From Felis catus (Eukaryota), in the NCBI RefSeq assembly GCF_018350175.1, contig NC_058368.1, forward strand, positions 225,930,001-225,994,000: a stretch of 64,000 nucleotides of DNA, read 5' to 3'. This document shows positions 24,081 through 37,030 of this stretch, piece by piece (the stretch's first letter is position 1; every line of letters starts with the position of its first letter). The notes under the pieces were generated by a model. That model did no database searches, had not been told where the DNA came from, and saw only the letters and a list, made by a program, of their open reading frames with translations. A program made the position numbers and the translations under genes.

Positions 24081-26058
24081 ACCTTCAAAAATATCCCGCA
24101 ATGTATTATTTACCTTGTTTGACAGAGAATGAAACAGAAGCTCAGAGAGCAGAGAGTTGCAATAACTTGCCCAAAGTCATGTTGCTATTAAGCGCCCAAA
24201 CTGGTATTCGAGTTTAGTCTCTGAATCCACAGACTCTGTTCATTCTTCCTCATGCTGGTGCTAAATCAACTGTTTCCTCATTCATCTGGCCTAGTTCCGG
24301 GTCTGATCTCCAAGCAAGTCAGTCCTCAGTCATGCAATTCGGCCAAGTTAGGGAGACATAGACTATGATCATTTAAGAAGAAGAGCTAGCAATATTTGAG
24401 CCTTTCTATGTACCGGGCACTATGCTATGCATTTCTGTATATTTTCATAATTCAGTGGCACACATGCAGGAGGAATGGGGGGGAAGAAAAATAATAATAA
24501 AAGAAGTTTCCAGAAGCATTAAGACAAACTTATAACTGTTGGTATATTGGGAACAAAAACTTTTAAAATTGTCAAGCCATTTCCTCTGCATTTCTGAACG
24601 TAAGACATTGCAGGGAGGGGCGCCATTCCAAGAATGAAGTTCAGTCCTGTCTAGCCAGTATCAAAGCACAGCCCTAAAACACAATGTGACTCTGGGGATA
24701 TACATCACAGATCCGGTAGTGATCTTCAAACAAGAACCCGTGGCTGTTCTAGAATATTCATTTTCTTCCTGACCACTTTCAGTGAAGTTAAAAGCATCAA
24801 ACTCTTGCAAAAGCTTTTATGAAAATGAATGTATCAAACAAATGGATCTTTAAAATAATCTGAGAGTTGATGCACACTAATAATATTAGCTTCAATTATA
24901 TTTAGCCTTTTTTCAAATAAAGCTCTTGCAAATAGATAAGGGAGGACAGCTTCCATTTCCGCTTCTCTCCCCACCAAAACCTCCCTTTACGCAGAATGAC
25001 TCATGGTTTAGTCTTGGGCCCAAACAGCGAGTCAAGACATCAACAAAAGAACAGAAGGAAGATGGTACCCTCCCCTTTCCCTCCTTAAGTGCTAACACAA
25101 AGGTCTCCCAGGAGAGGCTGAAATTGGTCAGGATGTTGAATTCTCTCTATCGGGCAAATTTCATTCTTTTATACTTATTGTCTTCCTCTCTCCCAGATGT
25201 CATTCAATTAAATAAAAAATAAATGTTAGCACCATTAAGAGGCTGAGATAACTCCATGGCGCATACTGATTCACCCGGGCTTGTCTGCAGTGTGTTTTCA
25301 AATGCCAAGCCCAGCTCATTTCGTTTCTGGATCGCGGGAAACACTATTTATAACATAAGTTGTCACCCCATTGGAGACACTTTCTATAAGTGATAATGAA
25401 CCTTGCAGTGTTTATACAGGGGGATATGTCTTAGTAAATCACAGCCTTCCCCCCTGCATACCATTAGCGTTATCAAGCCAGCCCTAGAATACCTGCAGAT
25501 TGGGTGGGAGAAGGAAAAAACAGTTTGCAGATGCCTGATAAGTAACCACAAGGCTTCATAGTGTTGTTTTGTTTCCCTCCAGGATGAATCACTTGTCAGA
25601 GGAAATTATGTTGATAACTTTCATGCCGTTCCATTGATAACACATTAACATTCCCAGTGACTGCATGCATTAATTTGTAGTGATGTAAGTCCCCTCTCCT
25701 ACTGCTTTTCATATTCATCTGAGTAATACCAGTTTGCATCATTGGGCGGAAACAATAGGGGAGCGTCTCTCACCCATCTGGAAACTGACACTTTTATTTC
25801 CCTGATTTCCATTTCGGTTCTGATCCTGAGATGGTTGGTGGCAGTGTCTCAGAGCAGTTTGTGACATTACTACTGATTACAGCATAATGATTCCCTGTGG
25901 ATTAAATGTGGTTTACCTGGCGTCGTCAGAGGTGGATCAGGAGACAAATAGAAATTGTAATTGTAACAAATGGTACGCCTATAGCTACCCATCTTGGAAG
26001 GCATAGATAGGGTACAGAGTAGCAATTTAAGTCCTACAGACAGGGTTAAAGTATTCAT

Positions 26059-26244
26059 TTTCTTTCTTTCTTTTTTTAAGTTTATTTAGTCATTTGGGGG
26101 GGGGGTGGGGAGGGACAGAGAGAGAGAGAGAGAGGGAATGAGAGTGAATGCCAACATGGGGCTCGAACTCACGAACCATGAGATCATGACCTTAGCGGAA
26201 ACCAAGAGTCGGACGCTCAACTGGCTGAGCCATCCAGGCGCCCC
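26059..26244 (-). mobile_element. Can-SINE
   Basis: GGGCTCGAACTCACGAACCATGAGATCATGACC...CCAGGCGCCCC. Confidence 0.92.
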
Positions 26245-27174
26245 TACCCTGTTCACTTTCTAAAATGAATTAGCAGTCAATTCAGTAAAACAACTGGTTT
26301 GATGAATTTTAAAATTGGCATCAGCGGATCTAATCAACTGAGTCTGCAAATCACCAAGCTTATTCTTTATGTAACCACGAACTCAAGAATTTTTTTTCAG
26401 TGATGTCTTTATCATTTTGGTGTTGTGTACAAATCAAAACGACACTTACTTTGACAATTGTAAACTCAATTAACAACTTGGCAAATGAAATCCTGTCTTC
26501 TCAGTTGTTCTATTCATAAATCTGCAGTCAGCACTCAGGCAGTAATTGCATATATATAAAACTAAACTGTACTATCCAGAATATTCCTAGTTAAAGGTTA
26601 AACTGCAGCCCTCAGCCCCACCTCCCTCCCGCCATGACTCCATGATACAGGATGAAGGCAAGGCTATTGAAAAAATATTTTTAGACTCTAAACATACTTG
26701 AAAAACCTCATAGCAGGAAATGTTATTTGGGGCAATTTAATATCACATTAGCTAACTTGTGGGGGGTGGGGAGAGAAGGTTTTTGTCTTTATTTTTGTCT
26801 CTGAATTTTGTGGAGTTTGGGCCTTTGTGGGAAAAAGTCAACAAAGTCTGGCACATACCTAATGAATTAACATATTGAGTCGAACTAAGTTATACTTTAA
26901 GAACATACAGAAAATAATTCACAGACCAAGGAGTTGGTTCAGTTCCTGGAAGATGATTTATTGTAAATTTCTGGGGGCAGTCCTCTTGGGGATGATGGTG
27001 GGTATGAGCAAGGACAGACAATGAGACCAAAAATGTCCAAGAATTCAATTACCTGATAAAATCAATATAGAATTTGTGATCATTTGGTTAAGAAGCAGGG
27101 CTGAGGTTTATCTTCATATATTAACCACAAAGTGTTTGACTAAGACAGGAAACAACACAACACTGTTTAAGTTG

Positions 27175-27609
27175 TTAAAATTAAACATTTTATTTTACTT
27201 TTGAGAGAGAGAGAGAGCATGTGTGCCTGTGAGCAGGGGAGGGGCAGAGGGAAAGAGAGAGAAAAAAAATTTTTTTAATTTGTTAATGTTTATTTTTGAG
27301 AGAGAGAGAGAGAATGGGGGAGGGGGAGAGAGAGACACACACAGAATCCGAAGCAGGATCCAGGCTCTGAGCTGTCAGCACAGAGCCTGATGTGGGGGCT
27401 TGAACCCACAAACCATGAGATTGTGACCTGAGCTGAAGTCAGACGCTTAACCGACTGAGCCATCCAGGTGCCCCAAGAGAGAGAATCTTAAGCAGGCTCC
27501 GTACTCCACTCAGAGCTCCACATGGGGCTACATCTCACAACTGTGAGATCATGACCTGAAGTGAAATCAAGAGTTGGACGCTTAACCGACTGAGCCACCC
27601 AGGCACCCC
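27175..27609 (-). mobile_element. Older Can-SINE (outer copy of a nested pair)
   Basis: Tail at about 27175-27263 and head at 27475-27609, ending CCAGGCACCCC. Confidence 0.9.
27264..27474 (-). mobile_element. Younger Can-SINE nested in the GA tract of the outer SINE
   Basis: Complete SINE flanked by AAGAGAGAGAA at 27253 and 27475. Confidence 0.92.
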
Positions 27610-28624
27610 ATTTTAAATCATTCATTATAAATAAATACTTCATATGTCCTAATTATATGTGATTCTTAAATAGTCATTAAAGCAAAGTCACCTGGACTTC
27701 CACTGTCCCTGAAACACAGAAATAGGATGTCTGAAGTCTTCGAAATCCAAACTTGCCTTTCTCCCCATCCATGTGTATTATTAATTCTAATTTAGTCCAG
27801 GATTGGAGTGGAACGGAGCTCAGAACAGGTGTTTTAGGTTGACTTCCATGGAGTTTGGGCTCCAGGGCACTTCGTCTGGCTTCAGGACCAGAGGAGGGAT
27901 TATTTCAAGATCAGTTGCCCAGTGACCCCTTCACTGTCATTGTAAGAAATTTCTTGGTTTTCCAGGATTACCTTAGACCATCTGCTTCTCAGTCATTCCC
28001 ACATATTAATGCTGAAGGCACTCCACCCAACATGCTTATTTATCATTGTTTCATAACCTGCATTAAATTTCTCAAGTCATCGCCAGGCACTCAGGGCATC
28101 TATCTTGTCTTTACTGCCTGCTCCATCTAGGCAAATTTATTAGCCACTCTCCTTGACTCTGCTCTGCCTCTTTTTGAACTTCTATTCTAACTCCTACTCT
28201 AGCTCTCTACCTCCTATTGAAATAGTCTTTTCTGACAGCCCTTAAAAATTTATATCCAACCCTACCACTCCAAGTAAAGAGGTTAGGGCATCTAAAGAGA
28301 GGAAGTCTGGGTCAGAACTGATCATCCCAATTAATTCAGTGAATTATTGCCCGACACATAAAATAGTATGAATTCCTCCGCTCTTACCTGGTCTGGTGGA
28401 CTGGATGAGGCAAAATGCATTCTTTTAATTCTTCAAACTACACTTTATCCATGTGTTGACCAGAAACCACATCGCTGTCATTCAAACAGAGGATGGCACT
28501 TTTCACCCAGTTTGGAGGCAAAGCGAACTATCCATAGTTAATATCTAGAATCAAATCCAAAATTATGGTCAGAATAACATTGTGTTCTCACTGAATAAAA
28601 CTTAATTTTTTTTATACAGACGCA

Positions 28625-28828
28625 TGTTTGTTTTTAAGTTTATTTATTTATTTTGAGAGAGACTGAGAGAGAGAGAGCAGAGGAGGGAAGAAAGACGCGA
28701 AAAGAGAAAGAATCCCTTGCAGGCTCCGGACTGTCAGCGCAGAGCCCCATGTGGGGCTCGAACTCACAACCGTGAGATCGTGACCTGAGCCAAAGTCTGA
28801 CGCTCAACAGACTGAGCCCAGGTGCTCC
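28625..28828 (-). mobile_element. Can-SINE
   Basis: SINE body; CTTAATTTTT on both flanks (28601, 28833). Confidence 0.92.
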
Positions 28829-29129
28829 AAAGCTTAATTTTTCAATAATAGAAATACACAATATATTCATTGACTCAGTAGCAACCATACTTTGATCTTA
28901 GTGCCAGAGAATGTAGTAAGTGGTCAGGAAATGTCAGTCACTATAATTATTTTGCATTTATTGATTAATTTTATCTTCAAACTATGCTATGATAAGGATT
29001 CAATATCATCCCATTTATCAGATATTTTAGTTTTGTAGAAGTTTAAAAATTATTTTACATTTAAAGTAATTTAAATTATTTTAATTTTTTGCTAATATTA
29101 ATTTTAATGTTATAAAATTGTTTTAATTA

Positions 29130-29440
29130 TTTTTAAATTGAAATATAATTGACATACAATATTATATTAATTAATACCACCACATAGTGATTTGCCATTT
29201 ATATACGTTACAAAATACTCACCATAATGAGCGTGGTCACCGTCTGTCACCGTACAAAGTTATTATTATTGACTGTATTCCCTATGTTGAACTTTTTATG
29301 CCTGTGGCTTATTTTTTTTATAACTGGAAGTTTGTGCCTCTTAATCCCCTTCCCCTATTTGCGTCTCCCCCTCTGGCACCCTCACTCCCCATTCCTTTTG
29401 CAACCACTAATTTGTTCTTTGTGTTTGTAAGTCAGATACA
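29130..29440 (-). mobile_element. Old L1 3'UTR fragment (L1MA9-like or early carnivore)
   Basis: AATTGAAATATAATTGACATACAATATTATATTA...TATAACTGGAAGTTTGTGCCTCTTAATCCCCTTC...GCAACCACTAATTTGTTCT. Confidence 0.8.
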
Positions 29441-30461
29441 TTAGTTTTTGAGTTTACTAAGTATTAAGCATAATGTTTTTTACTTCACACTTTATTTCAA
29501 AATCTTCTGGGATGCACATCTTCTCTCTTCCTGTGCTACACAGACTTTGTGCCAATGACTGAAAGCTTATTTTGTGATGGAGGACTTTGTTTTATGATTT
29601 GTGAACAAGATGGGTTTTCTGAATATTACTTTGAATCGTGCAGCACTGTTGATGCAGAAGATGTGAGAGACGGAGTCAACCCAGGACATAACACTTCCTT
29701 CTCATTGCCTCTTTCTCATAAAATGAATGTGTACATATATACACATATGTGGTTACTTGAAACTGATGGTAGGTTAACTGCAATTTGAGGACTTTTGTAC
29801 TATCTAAAAATACAGAGATTTGTTGACATTTGGTTTTACGTCATGTTGCTTATTTCTCTCGATGACATTTTCTTTTGCCAACAAAAAATTCGCATATTCT
29901 CCGGGAATGCCCAGCCTGTAGCAATAGTGACAAGGGGCCACCAAAATTTAAGCTGCTTCATGAATGAGAGAGAGCATTCTAAATCTATTTAATCAACCAA
30001 CAACTGACCCAGTGGATGTGCTTCTGAAAGCCAGCTCATCAGCCACAGCCCTTCACTTTGGATCTATTGGGGTTGCTCCAGTGACCAGGCCTCTGAAAGT
30101 GAACCCATCACCAAGTCTCCCCTCTGCAACTATGTCTCTCACACAGCTCTTGCCTCTGACAGCCCCCTAATCCCTAAAGTCCGTGCTTCTCGAACATTCT
30201 ACATCAGATCACTTACCTATGTTTCTCAGACACCGTGCCTACTCTCCCTTATTTAAGGAAGTAATAAATTCAGTTCTGTGGTTTGGTGGTGTTGTTTGTT
30301 TATTTAAAATTTGACACTTTATTGCTTCCGTTATAGTAACACTAAATTATTGACTTGTCTCAAGGCCATCAGGTTCTCCTTTATGTCCCGTTGTAGTAGA
30401 CCATGTGGAACAAATGACAACTTGAACTTCTTAACTCCTTTATTCCAATGGTCTTCTTTCT

Positions 30462-30687
30462 TAGCATTTTTTTTTATGTTTTTATTTTATTTTTGAGAAA
30501 CAGAGAGACAGAGCATGAGCGGGGAAGGGGCAGAGAGAGAGAGAGAGAGGGAGACACAGAATCTGAAGCAGGCTCTAGGCTCTGAGCTGTTGGCACAGAG
30601 CCTGACATGGGGCTTGAACTCACGAATGGTGAGTCGTGACCTGAGCCAAAGTCAGACGCTTAACCGATTGAGCCACCCAGGCGCCCC
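30462..30687 (-). mobile_element. Can-SINE
   Basis: TSD AATGGTCTTCTTTCT at 30447 and 30688. Confidence 0.96.
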
Positions 30688-31230
30688 AATGGTCTTCTTT
30701 CTCGATTGATCGTCTCAAGCATAAGGCACAAGTCAGTGATTTATCTTCCTTGGGGCATTACACAGGACCAGAGCACTAACTTCCAATTTCCACACAGTGG
30801 CAGTTTAGAGGTTCAGAGAGGCCTCTCCCAGCCCAGCACACTTAAAAATGCTGTATCAGAACTCAAACTCTCACATCTTTTATAATATGGTTAAGCCAGG
30901 AGAAGTAAAAGAATTTCTCAGGGTCTTTCTAGAAACCTCGTGAAAGTACAAATCCAAAAGAGAAAGGTAGGGTTGGAGCCAGTGTTTGCCCTGGGGGTAT
31001 GTGATAAAACTTTGTGCCTATTTCCTGAGTTTTAATGGGACCCATGTATAGGGACAGGAGACAAAGCCTAAGCCCTAAACAGGGAAAGGACGTCAAGTCA
31101 GAGTTCTTGCATAAATCTAAAGTAGAAGAAATTTTCCCGGCTGATGAAGATGCTACAGACAATACTGGAGATACATCTTGTCTCCAGCTTGGTGTCAATG
31201 AATTGGAGAAAATTTCCACTTATAATTTCT

Positions 31231-31432
31231 TTTTTTTAATGTTTATTTTTGAGACAGAAACAGAGCATGAGTTGGGGAGGGGCAGAGAGCGAGGGAGACA
31301 CAGAATCCGAAGCAGGCTCCAGGCTCCGAGCTGTCAGCACAGAGCCCGACTCAGGACTCGAGCTCATGAGCCGTGAGATCATGACCTGAGCTGAAGTCAG
31401 ACGCTCAACCGATTGAGCCACCCAGGTGCCCC
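31231..31432 (-). mobile_element. Can-SINE
   Basis: TSD TCCAC(T/A)TATAATTTCT at 31215 and 31433. Confidence 0.96.
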
Positions 31433-31449
31433 TCCACATATAATTTCTA

Positions 31450-31897
31450 ACCACAAGCCTGCTATCACAAGGGAGCAAATTCCTGCTGCCTGGTTGGTGT
31501 TAGAGAATATAGAGTCTTGGTTGATGGTGCCCCCAGGAAGCTGGCAGATACAAATGCAAATACTCTCTAGAGAAACCATTTCAGCTACAGCCTCAAAAAA
31601 TTCCCAGAGATAGACTTCCAAGAACATGAATTCATAATTAAAAAAAAAACAACTAAGCAAGACCCATCCATTATAATCAAAAGTCAGCAGTAAAAAACAA
31701 AGCACAGAACTAGATTTGCAAAGCCAGTAGATATGAAAATGATCAGAGACAGAACGTGAAGCCAGTATATTTGATGTTTTAATACAAGAAAGTACTGAGA
31801 ATATAATGAAGAAACAAAAGATCAAAATTTACCAGGGGGATTTGAAAAAAAAAAAACAAATAGAACTTCCTGATAAGAAAAATACAATAACTGGAAG
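31450..31897 (+). mobile_element. Ancient L1/HAL1-like 5'-ORF1 fragment
   Basis: A-rich strand; GGCAGATACAAATGCAAATACTCTCTAGAG, AAACAAATAGAACTTC..AAAATACAATAACTG. Confidence 0.55.
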
Positions 31898-33730
31898 GCA
31901 GGGACACTACCCTCAGAGGAGGTATTGAGGGCTCCTCTCTACCTGAGACAATGGTGAAAAAGGACAATCAGGGAATTTGATACCAAAGGAAAGGTTCAGT
32001 CTCTTGTGGTGGTTGAGGCGACGCGTTATTTCACTCCCGCCTCCCAGTTTGGCTTTGGAACTACCTGAGAGAAAAGACAAAGTAAGAAGACACATGGGAG
32101 CCATTCTGTCACCACTTTACTGATGAGATGGTTTTGGAGAATGTGGCTTTAGTCTGTGAGCAAGTTGACCTCTTAATTCAGAACTTCAAAACAAGGCAGA
32201 TTTTAACACCACTCAATGGGGCTAGGAGAGAAGAGAACCCATACTCTTGGAGCACTCCCGAGAGGAGTAGAGGAAGGAGCAGAAAAAAATGCCTTCCTCC
32301 AAAGCCACCAAGATATGTCGCACCACCTGCCCTGAGGCACAGTGAATGCCAGGGTGATGAAAGGCAGACCACGTGCTAAACGTATTCCATCTACATGAAA
32401 GGAAACTTTAGGAGTGAACGAGAAGGATTCGGCCTTGAGTCCATTCAAGGTGTCGTCATTCCCCATTTGGAAGGAGATTAGAGAGACGTCCTCCCACTCT
32501 CCTGCTACTACTCTCCCAATACCAACCACTGCCTTTTGGGCGCCCTCTGGGATTTCCTCTGCAGTGCAGATTTTGCTCCCAGAACCCTCTGGAAGCAGTT
32601 AGAAAGATGCATTAATAAACTCAAAGGCAAGGCTACTCTGAACCCCAGGCTGAAAATGCAATCCTTGCATTTCCATCCCAAAGTATCATCAGCCATGTTG
32701 TCCCATTCAGCTCATTCTGGTGTCTCCCACCTCAGACATTCTGAAGTGACGTTCAAGGGCAATATTACTAACACAGTACGATAATACAGTACAACTACAC
32801 AGAAACCCCGATTCTGACTCCAAACCTTCTCCTGTTATAAACTTCCTTGCAGGAAATTTGAGCCCAAAGATTAAATTCCCCTGCAGGCCGAAGTTCAAAC
32901 ACACAGGAATTAACATCTGAAAGTCACTTCTGTTTTCTGTGTGAGTTAAAAATGGAAGATATTACAGTCCCCTCATCTGTCAATTTCTTATTCTGGCTGT
33001 TTAAGCCAGAGGGTTCTTACTGCCTCCATCAGTGGTTTTCAAAGTTTTCATCTCCATGTCCCTTTAACAATTGTTGAGAACACCAAAGTGCTCATCAAAG
33101 TTTATTATATTAGAAAGCAAAACTGAGCCATTTTAAAATACCTATGAATTTATTTAAATGTAACAAATTAAGCCCATTCCAATTTGACATAGCTAACATA
33201 TATTTATTAAAAAGAACTCTATTTTCCAAAACAAAACGTATAGTAAAAAAGAGTGGCATTTTTTTTTTTACATGTTTGCCGATTTTTTTAATGTTTGGTT
33301 TAATAGGAGACATCTGGATTCTTACATCCACTTCTGCATTCAATCTGTTGCAATATGTTCTTTTGGTTGAAAAATCTGGGGAAGCTCCAGACTGATACAG
33401 ATAACACAGTTGGAAAAGAGAGGTGTATTTTTCACACCTGTTTCAGATAATTGTGGACTTCCTTCTTTGGTATTACCCTAATACTTGGTAAGTGCTAATT
33501 TCTTAAAGGTTAGTTTCAGTGTGGAATCTGAAACTCTGTCATTGCACTTTTCAGACTTTGTTACATTAAAATCCACTGGAGTATCCTGAATTTTGAAAGG
33601 ATCTTTTTACCCTTGTGTCATTTTGTTAAAATCATATTTTGGTCATTTGGAAAATATTGGTTCATTGAATTCGCCAGATCTCCTGAATGTTGACATGTTT
33701 CATTATTCAGTATCGAAAAATTATATTTGT

Positions 33731-33850
33731 GGGGTGCCTGGCTGGCTCAGTCAAAGGAGCATGAGACTCTTGATCGCCAGGTTGAGAGTTGAAGCCCCAT
33801 GTTGGGTGCAGAGGTGACTTAAAATAAATAAATAAATAGACTTTTAAAAA
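33731..33850 (+). mobile_element. Short old Can-SINE
   Basis: GGGGTGCCTGGCTGGCTCAGTC...CTTAAAATAAATAAAT; degenerate TSD AAAAAT..ATTTGT. Confidence 0.88.
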
Positions 33851-34113
33851 TCCACATTTGTTAATATTACCACCATCTCATCAGAGAGATCACTAAGTTT
33901 TAGGAAGCTGTCAAGCTCATGGTGGTGGATCCACATTTTTAAAAATTCTTATTTTTGTGGGTAGCTTAATTTTTATCATTGGTGACAATTATTATCAGCT
34001 GTTTCCATTGAATTGCCTCTTTGCTCATTTTTGCTCAGTTTTGAGCCAATAGTTGCCAAATATCCAAGACTGAATAACCAGGGTAGTTCCTTTCAACACA
34101 AAAGATGTTCGTC

Positions 34114-34144
<31 letters not shown>

Positions 34145-34318
34145 TAGTTCACTTTTGAATCCAAACAATCACATACATTCCTGTCCTCAAGACAACCCTC
34201 GTATTTTGGTACACAGCAAAAGAATTCTATGTGGCTTTTCCATTTGTCACATAGAATATTAAAAGGATGTGTACTCGAGGGATGGGATTTAATAAATTTT
34301 TACAGTTTTGCCAAGGAC

Positions 34319-34535
34319 TTTTTTTTTAAGTTTATTTATTTATTTTGAGACACATAGCACACAAGCACACAAGCAGGGGAGGGGTAGAGAGAGAGAGGAG
34401 AGAGAGAATCCCAAGCAGGCTCTGCACTGTCAATGCAGAGCCTGACGCAGGGTTCGAACTCACGAACCATGAGATTGTGACCTGAGCTGAAACCAAGTGT
34501 TGGATGCTTAACTGACTAAACCACACAGGCGTCCC
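34319..34535 (-). mobile_element. Can-SINE
   Basis: Complete SINE body ending CAGGCGTCCC. Confidence 0.93.
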
Positions 34536-34547
34536 TTAACAAGAACA

Positions 34548-34765
34548 TTTAAAAAAAAAATCTTTAATGTTCACTTATTTTTGAGAGACATAGAGAGAGA
34601 GGGAGTGAGCTGGCGAGGGGCAGAGAGAGAGAGACAGAATCTGAAGCAGGCTCCAGGCTCTGAGCTGTCAGCAAGAGCCCGATGTGGGACTCGAACTCGT
34701 GAACCGTGAGATGATGATCTGAGCCAAAGTCGGATACTTAACTGACTGAGCCACCCACGCGCCCC
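34548..34765 (-). mobile_element. Can-SINE (tandem with the previous copy)
   Basis: Complete SINE body ending CACGCGCCCC. Confidence 0.93.
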
Positions 34766-35996
34766 TTGCCATCGGCATTGTTAAGGGAAAGTGGATGTAA
34801 AGCTTTAGTGAGTGTGGGGTAGTGAAGAGTTGCAGACTACTAGTAAAGCCGGGTGCCATGCCTGCTAAGGGGCACACTTACTTTTGCACCAATAAGAAAA
34901 TAGTTTCGAGAAAAAAATAGAAATGAGGATCATGTTGACCTGGCAGATGCCCTAGATGGGCTGTGGACCATCCCTTGTGCTCTGGGGAGATGCTTGGGCT
35001 CCACCTGTCTGAAATGGGCATCGTTGTTTTTAAGCTTCAGACATGGCATTAGTTCTGTGAAAATCCCCCAGTGCCTTTCTTCTGAAAATGTTTAAAGGGT
35101 TCATAGGACATGCACAGGTATCACAGCCCTGACCCCACACCCACCGAACTGAGAAAAGAGGCCGATCCTTGACTCCGAGGGCAGCGCTTCCTGGCAAAAC
35201 CATGTTTCTAGAACCCAGAAAAGTAGTTTGCCACAGGAAATAGCAGAGCCAGATGAATTTGGGAGAAGGTTATCTGGCTTCCGTCTCCCTTGGACCATGC
35301 TAGTTGTTTAAAATCCATGAGAGTTGAACTTAAATTTGATGGGGGAAAAATCCTGCCAGCAAGGGCGTTTACCACGTCTAGAAACAAAATCCACACAGGT
35401 GCATCCGCACTCTCGTAAGAGTGGTATCTGAGCCACTGCTGCTTCCTTGCAAAGTTTAGAGATTTGCAATGACTACACCCCAGCACCAGGAGCTGACTCT
35501 CCTGCTCTCACCGTCCCCTCGATCCCTAACCTCCCGATCTGCATTTCCCGTTTGCCTTGCCTGCGGGTGCCTGGCACTAACAATTTAAATCTAGAACTTC
35601 ACTCAGTGCTCTGCCGCGCAGATGGAATTCTCTAGCACTGTGATTTAAAAACAGCAAATAGGTTCTGCATTCTAATTGTAGGACGCTCTTTTCACTATGG
35701 TGGGATCATTGCCTTGGCCATGCCTGCTTAGGTGAGCCTGTACCTGTATGGGTCAAGGACAAGCTGTGTGTGCTTGGAGGCCCCCTCACCTGCTAATGGC
35801 CCACACCTTTGCTGAGGCCTGCAGGGCCACCATTGGCTTGCAGAGTTCCCATGCAGGCATCTGTGTGAATCAGGTTTGGCTGAGGGACCCTTGCCATCAC
35901 CATTGGAGGTCTCGTGCTTTCTTGGTGGCTGTGGTCCCCTGTGATTTCCCTTGCCAAGGCCTGTGGGCCTTATCAACTTCCGGCCCTGTGCAAGCA

Positions 35997-36020
35997 CCCC
36001 CCCCCCCCCCCCCCCCCCCC
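35997..36020. repeat. C24 homopolymer
   Basis: Directly visible. Confidence 0.95.
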
Positions 36021-36634
36021 GTCAACAGCCTATGGACAAAGTTGGCATAAACTGTGGTCATGTACCAAGGTCAAATATTATGTAGCCAGAGGCATAAAGA
36101 TTGCTCAGCCTGCAGTACTTAAAAACCCAAATGCACAATTGTGTTAATCATTGTGTAGAAGCCTCTACAAACTTCTGAGGTCAAAACACCTGCTTGTGAG
36201 CTACAATCTGAGGTTCAAAGACATTTCTTGGGCTCCATCATTTTACATTTTACTCCTCCCAAATCCCACTTTTTATCTTTTTCCTAAGACAATTGACTTA
36301 TTGTGTCAGATATTGTTACATTTGAGGTTATAGCTCCCCAGCTACAAGCCCTCATGCCTTTGGCCACAGGAGCAGGGATTGCTTCCAAAAGATTTATGGG
36401 GTGTAGGAGCAGAGGAGATCAGCGTGTTCAGCACAGGAAGAATGGAAGGGAAAGGATGGGGAGAGAAGAGAAGATCATGTCCAGATTCTCCTTCCACACT
36501 AAACCATCATGTTGAGATGCTCCATTTCCCCTGAGAGGGGAAGTCAGGGACAGAGAAGCCTGGAGTGTTTCACTAATGGGGTTCCCTTCTGTTGATAGAA
36601 AACACCAGCAAAGGGTTGAAAGTATTACCTTGCA

Positions 36635-37030
36635 AACATCTTGGCTCTACTTCTTACTGACTGTTGTTATTACTTTAATTTCTATAAGCTACAGTTTTCT
36701 TTTTTTAGGCTGATTTATTTATTTTGAGAGGGAGAGAGTGCACACACGTGTACACAAGAGAGGAGCAGAAAGAGAGAGCGGGAGAGAGAGAATCCCAAGC
36801 AGACTCCACGCTGTCAGTGCAGAGACCAACGTGGGGCTCGAACCCACGAACCTCGAGATCATGACCTGGGCCGACATCAAGATTTAGATGCTTAACTGAC
36901 TGGGCCAACCCAAGTACCCCAGTTTTCTGGTTTTAAAAATGAAGACAGTAATATCTATATGGGATGATCGTTACATGAATTAGAGATAATATGTGTAAAG
37001 CCAGTACAGGCATTTGGTGCAGAGGGCAGA
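36635..37030 (+). mobile_element. MIR split by a SINE
   Basis: CATCTTGGCTCTACTTCTTACTGACTG...CAGTTTTCT / AAAATGAAGACAGTAATA...GATAATATGTGTAAAGC. Confidence 0.7.
36701..36919 (-). mobile_element. Can-SINE inside the MIR
   Basis: TSD CAGTTTTCT at 36692 and 36920. Confidence 0.94.

Larger units (their letters stand above)
23403..24250 (-). mobile_element. MIR split by a SINE and an AT-rich microsatellite
   Basis: Left half ATTTATTGAGTTCTTACTATGTGCCAG (23408). Right half GAAACAGAAGCTCAGAGAG...AACTTGCCCAAAGTCA (24131-24179). Confidence 0.75.
33030..34985. mobile_element. Charlie1a-like hAT DNA transposon interrupted by three SINEs
   Basis: Starts CAGTGGTTTTCAAAG; internal CTTCTGCATTCAATCTGTTG, TTCTTAAAGGTTAGTT, GGAAGCTGTCAAGCTCATGGTGG; degenerate right end near TTGACCT..GTGGACCA. 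Confidence 0.8.

Noticed and set aside
23533..24217. Six overlapping Y/I/H/C/V/M-rich ORFs
   Set aside because: Alternating purine-pyrimidine repeats cannot encode TAA, TAG or TGA; artefact.
28388..28544. Minus-strand exon-like segment (TTCTAG acceptor, CAG|GTAAGA donor, 157 nt)
   Set aside because: All three frames contain stops and the polypyrimidine tract is weak. It could only be a non-coding exon, which needs RNA evidence.
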